A stretch of DNA of 64,000 nt. Source: Solirubrobacteraceae bacterium (lineage in GTDB: Bacteria > Actinomycetota > Thermoleophilia > Solirubrobacterales > Solirubrobacteraceae). The position numbers and the translations under genes are program-made. The stretch is from the NCBI GenBank assembly GCA_033855845.1, contig JAWVFR010000078.1:10013-74012 (forward strand), written 5' to 3'. Within the stretch, counting starts at the first letter, position 1. Every line of letters starts with the position of its first letter. Under the pieces are notes generated by a model. It was not told where the DNA came from and made no database searches. It worked only from the letters and a program-made list of their open reading frames with translations. This document shows positions 55,670-64,000 of the stretch, piece after piece.

Positions 55670-56817
55670 GCCGACGCGCGTTCGTCGTCGTTCTGGACGC
55701 GTGCGGGGTCGGGGCGCTGCCCGACGCGGACAACTACGGCGACGCGGACGCCGACACGCTCGGCCACCTCGCGCAGGCGGTCGGCGGCCTGGACCTGCCG
55801 GTGCTGGGCGGCCTCGGCCTGGGCCGTGTGGCCGCGCTGGCCGGGGTCGCGCCGGCCGCCGATCCGGTCCTGCACGGGCGCCTGCATCCGCTGGGGCCGG
55901 GCAAGGAGTCCACCACCGGACACTGGGAGCTGATGGGAGTGGTGCCCGCGGCGCCGCTGCCCAGCTATCCCGACGGCTTCCCGCCCGACCTCGCCGCGCG
56001 CCTGACCGAGGCCACCGGGCGCGGGCAGCTGTGCAACGCTGCCGCCAACGGGGTGGAGGCCATCGTGCGCTTCGGGGCCGAGCACCTGCGCACGGGCGAG
56101 CTGATCGTCTATACGTCCGTGGACTCGGTGCTCCAGATCGCCGCCCACGTGGACGTCCTGCCCACCGAGGACCTGTACGCGGCCTGCGCCGCGGCGCGGG
56201 AGGTGATGCAGGGGGAGCACGCCGTCGGCCGGGTGATCGCGCGTCCCTTCCAGGGCACGCCCGGAGCCTTCACCCGCACCCACGGGCGCCGCGACTTCTC
56301 CCTGCCGCCGCCGTCGCGCTCCTACCTCGACGAGCTGGGCGCCGCCGGGGTGCCGGTGCACGCTGTGGGCAAGGTCGACCAGCTGTTCGCCGGGGTGGGA
56401 GTGGACCGTTCCCACCCGGGTCCCACGAACCCGATCGCGATCGAGTCCACCGACCGCCTGCTGGACGAGCTCGAAGCGGGCCTGGTGTTCGTCAACCTGG
56501 TGGAGACCGACCAGGTCTACGGGCACCGCAAGGACGTACCGGGCTTCGAACGGGCGCTGCGGCAGATCGACCTGGCGGTCGGCTCCTGGCTGGAGCGCCT
56601 GCGCGAGGAGGACCTGCTCGTCCTCACCGCCGACCACGGCTGCGACCCGACCACGCCCGGCACCGACCACACGCGCGAGCACGCTCCGCTGCTGGCCGTC
56701 TTCCCGGGCCACGGCGGGCGGCGCCACGACGGGCCGCTGGCCGACGTGGGGGCGTCGGTGCTGCGCTGGCTGGCCGGGCGCGACGCCGACCTTCCGGGGA
56801 CCTCCTTCCTGGCTTGA
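55666..56817 (+). CDS. deoB: phosphopentomutase
   Basis: GTGA overlap start. VVLDACGVGALPDA..YGD, GKESTTGHWE, TADHGCDPT..GTDHTRE. Confidence 0.9.
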   Translation: MSRRAFVVVLDACGVGALPDADNYGDADADTLGHLAQAVGGLDLPVLGGLGLGRVAALAGVAPAADPVLHGRLHPLGPGKESTTGHWELMGVVPAAPLPSYPDGFPPDLAARLTEATGRGQLCNAAANGVEAIVRFGAEHLRTGELIVYTSVDSVLQIAAHVDVLPTEDLYAACAAAREVMQGEHAVGRVIARPFQGTPGAFTRTHGRRDFSLPPPSRSYLDELGAAGVPVHAVGKVDQLFAGVGVDRSHPGPTNPIAIESTDRLLDELEAGLVFVNLVETDQVYGHRKDVPGFERALRQIDLAVGSWLERLREEDLLVLTADHGCDPTTPGTDHTREHAPLLAVFPGHGGRRHDGPLADVGASVLRWLAGRDADLPGTSFLA

Positions 56818-56900
56818 CCGGGCCGCCGGAAAGGCGTAGAACCACGAAGTCGAGCGAAGGAGGACGGATGGCTCGCAAGGTTGCCGAGGCCGCGGTGGGT

Positions 56901-57045
56901 CCTGAACAGCAGCATCGAGGGTGGGTCCGGGCGTGAAGTGAGGCACCGTCCTGCATAGGCATCGGATACCGACCTCTAGGTAGGACAGTGGCGCCGATTT
57001 GGGCGCCCCGGCGGTTCGGGCCCTCCCTCGATGCCGCTGTTGAGG
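56901..57045. repeat. 29-bp imperfect inverted repeat enclosing about 87 nt with two internal hairpins; candidate structured RNA
   Basis: 56901-56929 (CCTGAACAGCAGCATCGAGGGTGGGTCCG) pairs with 57017-57045 (CGGGCCCTCCCTCGATGCCGCTGTTGAGG) at 25 of 29 positions. Inner hairpins GTCCT...AGGAC (56948-56986) and GGCGCC-gatttg-GGCGCC (56990-57007). Confidence 0.5.
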
Positions 57046-57127
57046 CCTAGCCTAGTCCAGACGCACGCAACCGGACGGCGCCGCGCCCCCCGGGCGCGCC
57101 GCCCGCCGGCTGCGATACTCGCTCGCC

Positions 57128-57964
57128 GTGCCCGAGCTGCCCGAGGTCGAGACGATCCGCCGTCGCCTCGCGCCGCGGGTGGAGGGACGGGTCCTTCGGC
57201 GAGTGGAGATCTCCGACCCGCGCTGGACGCGCCCGCGCGCGCCCGCCGAGGTGGAGGACGCGCTGCGCGGGCGCCGCGTGGAGCGCCTGGGGCGCCGCGG
57301 CAAGTACCTGGTGTGGGAGCTGGAGGACGAGGTGTTCCTGCTCCAGCACCTGCGCATGACCGGCGCCGTCCTGTACGACCCGCCGACCGACCCGGCCCAC
57401 GCCCGCGTGCGCATCGCGCTGGACGACGGGCACCGCCTGGTCTACGACGACCCGCGGCGCTTCGGCACCGGCGAGCTGGCCCTGGGCGGTCCCGCGCTGG
57501 ACGCCTTCCTGGCGGCGCGGCTGGGGCCCGAGCCCTTCGACCCGGAGTTCACGCCCGAGCTCCTGCGCACGCTCGGTCGGAGCAGCCGCGCCCCGGTCAA
57601 GGCCTTCCTGCTCGACCAGCGGCGCATCGCCGGCGTCGGGAACATCTACGCCGACGAGGCCCTCTTCCGGGCCGGAGTCCATCCGCTGCGCGAGGCGCGC
57701 AAGCTGTCGCGCGCCCAGTGGGAAGCGCTGCACGGCGCGGTGATCGACGCCCTTCGCGCGGGCATCGCCGCCGACGGCGCCTCCATCGACGACTACCGCG
57801 ACCCCGACGGCGTCCAGGGGTCCTTCCAGGACGAGTTCCTAGTCCACCGCCGCGCCGGCGAGCCCTGCCCAAACTGCGGAACACCCGTGCGAAAGCTCGT
57901 CGCCGCCGGCCGCGGCACCTACGTGTGCGAGCGCTGCCAACCCCGCCCCCGCCGACGACTGTGA
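57128..57964 (+). CDS. mutM: formamidopyrimidine-DNA glycosylase
   Basis: (M)PELPEVETIRR, DPRRFG, LLDQ..IAGVGNIYADE, C-terminal zinc finger CPNCG...CERCQ. Confidence 0.93.
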   Translation: MPELPEVETIRRRLAPRVEGRVLRRVEISDPRWTRPRAPAEVEDALRGRRVERLGRRGKYLVWELEDEVFLLQHLRMTGAVLYDPPTDPAHARVRIALDDGHRLVYDDPRRFGTGELALGGPALDAFLAARLGPEPFDPEFTPELLRTLGRSSRAPVKAFLLDQRRIAGVGNIYADEALFRAGVHPLREARKLSRAQWEALHGAVIDALRAGIAADGASIDDYRDPDGVQGSFQDEFLVHRRAGEPCPNCGTPVRKLVAAGRGTYVCERCQPRPRRRL

Positions 57965-57996
57965 CGTTTTGGGGGCCAGGACCCCCAAAACGTCAC
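57961..57996. terminator. perfect 15-bp hairpin overlapping the mutM stop, bidirectional
   Basis: GTGACGTTTTGGGGG-ccagga-CCCCCAAAACGTCAC. Lies between convergent mutM and the HAD gene. Confidence 0.6.
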
Positions 57997-58020
57997 AACG
58001 AAGCCAGCCAGGCCCGACCC

Positions 58021-58680
58021 TCACCCCTGACCGGCCGCCGTTATCGCGGCCGGATCAAGCTCGGCGAGGGAGCTGAGCACCACCCCGGCCCGGCCCAAAA
58101 GCGCAGGCGACGGCGGAAACTCCACATTAGGGATCGCCACCACCGCCAGCCCCGCCGCGGCCGCAGACGAGATCCCCGGCCCGGAGTCCTCCACGGCCAC
58201 GGCCCGCCCGGCCGCGACACCCAGCCGCCGCACAGCCTCCAAATACACATCCGGCGCCGGCTTGCCGCGCTCCACCTCCTCCGACGACACCGTCACCGCG
58301 AACGCCTCGGACCACCCGGCCTCAGACAGCACGCGGTCGATGATCTCGCGGTTGGACGACGAGGCCAGCCCCAGCGGCCAGCGGGCCGCCAGCCGCTCCA
58401 CCGCCTCGCCGGCGCCCGGCAGCAGCGGCAGCTCGCGCTCGTAGCCCTCCACCATCAGGCGCACGACCTCGGCGTTGATCTCGCCCTCCGCCAGCGGCAC
58501 GCCGAGCTCGGAGCGCATGTACGCGGCCCACTCGGGCGAGCTCATGCCGAGCATCGCGCCGGTCGCCTCGTCCTTCCAGCGCCCGCCGTGTTCCCGTGTC
58601 AGGCGCCGCTTGGCGTCGCTCCACGCCCGTTCGGAGTCCAGCAGCAGGCCGTCGAGGTCGAAGACGACCGCCTCGACCAC
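58021..58680 (-). CDS. HAD-IA family hydrolase (beta-phosphoglucomutase-like)
   Basis: VVFDLDGLLLDSE (motif I), SSS.. (motif II), GKPAPDVY, VEDS..G. Confidence 0.85.
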   Translation of the reverse strand: MVEAVVFDLDGLLLDSERAWSDAKRRLTREHGGRWKDEATGAMLGMSSPEWAAYMRSELGVPLAEGEINAEVVRLMVEGYERELPLLPGAGEAVERLAARWPLGLASSSNREIIDRVLSEAGWSEAFAVTVSSEEVERGKPAPDVYLEAVRRLGVAAGRAVAVEDSGPGISSAAAAGLAVVAIPNVEFPPSPALLGRAGVVLSSLAELDPAAITAAGQG

Positions 58681-58686
58681 GGCGGG

Positions 58687-58941
58687 TCAGGCGGCGAGCA
58701 GCTCGCTGAGGCGGCCGCTCTCGTCGGCGGCGCGCAGGTCATCCAGGCCGCCGACGGCCACGTCGCCGATGACGATCTGGGGGAAGGTCATGAGGCCGGT
58801 CCGCTGGGCCAGCTCCGCGCGTCCGACCGGGTCCTTTGCCAGATTGACCTCCTCGTAGCGGGCGCCGTGGCGCTCGAGGATCCCCTTGGCGACGCCGCAG
58901 CGGCCGCACGGGTCGGTCGTGTAGACGATGACTTCACTCAT
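58687..58941 (-). CDS. glutaredoxin
   Basis: 84 aa. VIVYTTDPCGRCGVAK (CxxC), TFPQIVIGD..VGG.DDL. Confidence 0.85.
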   Translation of the reverse strand: MSEVIVYTTDPCGRCGVAKGILERHGARYEEVNLAKDPVGRAELAQRTGLMTFPQIVIGDVAVGGLDDLRAADESGRLSELLAA

Positions 58942-58958
58942 GCTTCATAAAAGGTAGC

Positions 58959-59675
58959 GTGGCCGGGTCCCTGAAGACGGAGGCGGTCGTCCTGCGCTCC
59001 ATCCGCTACGGCGAGGGCGACCGGGTCCTGCACCTCTACACCCCAGGCCTCGGCCGGGTCGCGGCCATCGCCAAAGGGGCGCGCAAGTCGCGCAGCCGCT
59101 TCGGGGGGCGCCTGGAGCCCTTCTTCCGCCTGCGCCTGGTGCTCTACGAGGGCCGCGGGGACCTGCTCACCGTCACCGCGGCCGAGACCGTGGCCGCGTA
59201 TCCGCGCCTGCGCGAGAACGGCACCGCGCTGGACACCGCGGCCCGGGCCTGCGACGCCGTGTCGCGGCTGTTCGAGACCGGCGACCCCAACCCCGCCGTG
59301 TTCCACCTGCTCTGCAACGAGCTGGCTCTGCTGGACGGCGCGCCCGCTCGGGCCGGGCGCGCGAACCAGCTCGCCTTCCGCCTCAAGCTCCTGCTGGCGG
59401 CCGGCCTGGCTCCGCAGCTGGACGCCTGCGCGTCCTGCGGCGAGCGCGATGGCCTCGTTGGGTTCTCGGGCGCCGCCGGCGGGGTGGTGTGCGCGGCCTG
59501 CGAGGCCTCCGCCTTCCCGCTGGAGGCCGACGCGCACGAGTTCCTGGTGCAGGCGCTGGGCCGCCCCCTGGCCCAGTCCCCCGAGGCCGCCGAGCCCATC
59601 CTGCGCCAGGCCGAGCGGGCGATCGGCGACACGCTCGAGCACCACGCGCACGTGAGGTGGCGACCGGCGGCCTGA
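58959..59675 (+). CDS. recO: DNA repair protein RecO
   Basis: EAVVLRSIRYGEGDRVLHLYT...G, KGARKSRSRF, zinc motif CASCG...CAAC. Confidence 0.88.
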   Translation: MAGSLKTEAVVLRSIRYGEGDRVLHLYTPGLGRVAAIAKGARKSRSRFGGRLEPFFRLRLVLYEGRGDLLTVTAAETVAAYPRLRENGTALDTAARACDAVSRLFETGDPNPAVFHLLCNELALLDGAPARAGRANQLAFRLKLLLAAGLAPQLDACASCGERDGLVGFSGAAGGVVCAACEASAFPLEADAHEFLVQALGRPLAQSPEAAEPILRQAERAIGDTLEHHAHVRWRPAA

Positions 59676-59722
59676 GAGCCCGCGTCAGGCGGCGGGTCGC
59701 GGACGGACATAGAATCGCTGAC

Positions 59723-62355
<2,633 letters not shown>

Positions 62356-62371
<16 letters not shown>

Positions 62372-63366
62372 GCACGACGTCCGTGGCCTCCGGCTTCGCC
62401 GCGCGGGTGCGGGAGGCCGAGGAGTCGCTGTCTCCGCTCGCCGCGCGCTCGTACCCGGCGGCACGCGCGCGGCCCGAGGAGGACTGCTCGCTGCGCACCC
62501 CCTTCCAGCGCGACCGCGACCGCATCGTGCACTCCAAGGCGTTCCGGCGGCTGAAGGCCAAGACGCAGGTGTTCGTCGCGCCTCAGGGCGACCACTACCG
62601 CACGCGCCTGACCCACACGCTGGAGGTCACCCAGGTCTCGCGCACGGTGGCGAGGGCGCTGAGCCTGAACGAGGACCTGGCCGAGGCGATCGGCCTGGGC
62701 CACGACCTCGGGCACCCGCCGTTCGGCCACATCGGCGAGGCGGTGCTCGACGCCTGCGCGCGCGAGCGCTACGGCACCGGCTTCCGCCACTACGAGCACT
62801 CCCTGCGCGTGGTCGACGTGCTGGAGGACCTCAACCTCTGCGCGGCCGTGCGCGACGGGATCCTGTGCCATTCCGGCCGGGCGCCGCAGCCGGCGACGCT
62901 GGAGGGCGCGATAGTCCGCCTGGTGGACCGGATCGCCTACATCAACCACGACATCGACGACGCCCTGCGCGCCGGGGTCCTGTCGCCCGGCGACCTGCCG
63001 GCGCAGGACATCGCGGTGCTGGGCGACCGCGGGTCGTCGCGCATCGACACGCTGGTGCACGACCTGGTCGAGCACTCGCAGGCCGCGGGCGCGATCGTCC
63101 AGGGCGAGGAGGTGGGCGGGGCCATGGACCGGCTGCGCACCTTCATGTTCGACCGCGTCTACCTGGCGCCCGAGGCGCGGCGCGAGCACGCCCGCATCGA
63201 GGCGATCCTGCGCGCCCTGTTCGACCACTACGTCGCCAACCCGCCGCCCGGCCTCCAGGACGCGAGCCCGGCCGAGCGCGTGATCGACTGGCTGGCCGGC
63301 ATGACCGACGGCTTCTGCATCCGCGAGTTCGAGGCACTGAGCGTGCCCCGGTCCTTCGCTCCCTGA
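62356..63366 (+). CDS. dgt: dGTPase-like HD-domain triphosphohydrolase
   Basis: RTPFQRDRDRI.HS.AFRRL..KTQVF, RTRLTHTLEV.QV.R, GHDLGHPPFGH, HDIDD. Overlaps the ppdK end by 16 nt and precedes dnaG, as in actinobacteria. Confidence 0.88.
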
Positions 63367-64000
63367 TGGCCCGCTACACCGACGAGTCCAAGGAGCGCGT
63401 GCGCGACGCGGTGGACATGGTCAACCTGGTCTCCGCCCGCACGGAGCTGCGCCGCGCCGGCGCCAACCGCTACGAGGGGCTGTGCCCGTTCCACGACGAG
63501 CGGACCCCGTCGTTCGGGATCGACCCGGTCAAGAAGGTCTACCACTGCTTCGGCTGCGGGGTCGGGGGCGACGCGTTCCGCTTCGTGCAGGAGACCGAGG
63601 GCCTGGACTTCGGCGGCGCCCTGGAGCTGCTGGCCGACCGTTACGGGGTCGAGCTGCAGCGCGAGCAGGAGGATCCGCAGGCCGCCGCGCGCCGCCAGCG
63701 GCGGGAGCGGCTCCAGGGCCTGCTGGAGCGCACGGCCGACTACTACGCGCGCTACCTGTGGGAGGCCGCGGAGGCGCAGGACGCGCGGGAGTATCTGGCC
63801 GGCCGCGGGCTGCAGGAGGAGACGCTGCGGCGCTTTCGCGTCGGGTACGCGCCCAAGCCGTGGGACCACATGGTCAAGCGCTGGCGGATGGGCGGGTTCT
63901 CCGAGCCCGAGCTGCTGGCCGTGGGCCTGGTCAAGCGCGGGCGCCAGCGCAGCGGGATCTACGACCCGTTTCGCGGGCGCCTGATTTTTCCTTTGACCGA
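63366..64000 (+). CDS. dnaG: DNA primase, 3' end beyond window
   Basis: The ATG overlaps the dgt TGA. Zinc finger CPFHDERTPSF......YHCFGCG.GGD. The frame is open to the window end. Confidence 0.93.
   Translation, partial: MARYTDESKERVRDAVDMVNLVSARTELRRAGANRYEGLCPFHDERTPSFGIDPVKKVYHCFGCGVGGDAFRFVQETEGLDFGGALELLADRYGVELQREQEDPQAAARRQRRERLQGLLERTADYYARYLWEAAEAQDAREYLAGRGLQEETLRRFRVGYAPKPWDHMVKRWRMGGFSEPELLAVGLVKRGRQRSGIYDPFRGRLIFPLT

Noticed and set aside
56868-56936. 22-codon ORF (MARKVAEAAVGPEQQHRGWVRA) behind a strong SD-like AAGGAGGA.
   Set aside because: Seven of its 22 codons end in A/T, which is atypical here. The spacing to the ATG is short and the ORF runs into a long helix. It is kept only as part of the structured-element finding.
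56901-57045. Calling the deoB-mutM element a 6S RNA or a MITE.
   Set aside because: Its shape (long closing helix, internal loops) is compatible with these, but I cannot verify the 6S central-bubble features. There is a single copy in the window, which gives no evidence for a repeat family. It is left as an unclassified candidate.

Overview
Very GC-rich chromosomal segment, about 70-75% GC by eye, with almost every gene showing G/C-ending codons. No tRNA, rRNA, CRISPR array or transposase was found. The housekeeping backbone follows two gene strings known from Actinobacteria such as Mycobacterium. The first is aroE ... aroC-aroK/B-aroQ-(membrane protein)-pepQ-efp-nusB. The second is tlyA-nadK-recN-steA-mctB-pyrG-nudix-xerD, followed by deoB, mutM, recO, ppdK, dgt and dnaG. 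I infer a Thermoleophilia/Rubrobacteria-like actinobacterium. The main accessory content is a ~21.7 kb type IV pilus (T4P) locus (about 694-22370) lying between aroE and aroC. It comprises pilB-pilT-pilC; an inserted 4-gene operon of secreted proteins (an amicyanin-like cupredoxin, a PQQ-dehydrogenase-like propeller and two unknowns); an MBL hydrolase with a GlxA/AraC regulator; a minus-strand operon of three large minor pilins; a divergent 902-aa P-domain + 5xPKD protein; a monocistronic major pilin gene; and pilD-pilM-pilN-pilO plus one further gene. No secretin gene is present. The strongest finding is that the pilin leader contains a sequence matching the conserved core of the c-di-GMP-I (GEMM) riboswitch. 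Other points are listed in the findings: a highly structured ~145-nt element between deoB and mutM, a methyltransferase ORF with no in-frame stop, a decayed gene between nusB and xseB, a DUF559 insertion between efp and nusB, an aroK-aroB fusion, and a translationally coupled pyrG-M20-DUF3866-GNAT-NUDIX chain. All functional calls come from motifs read in the supplied translations; no database search was run.
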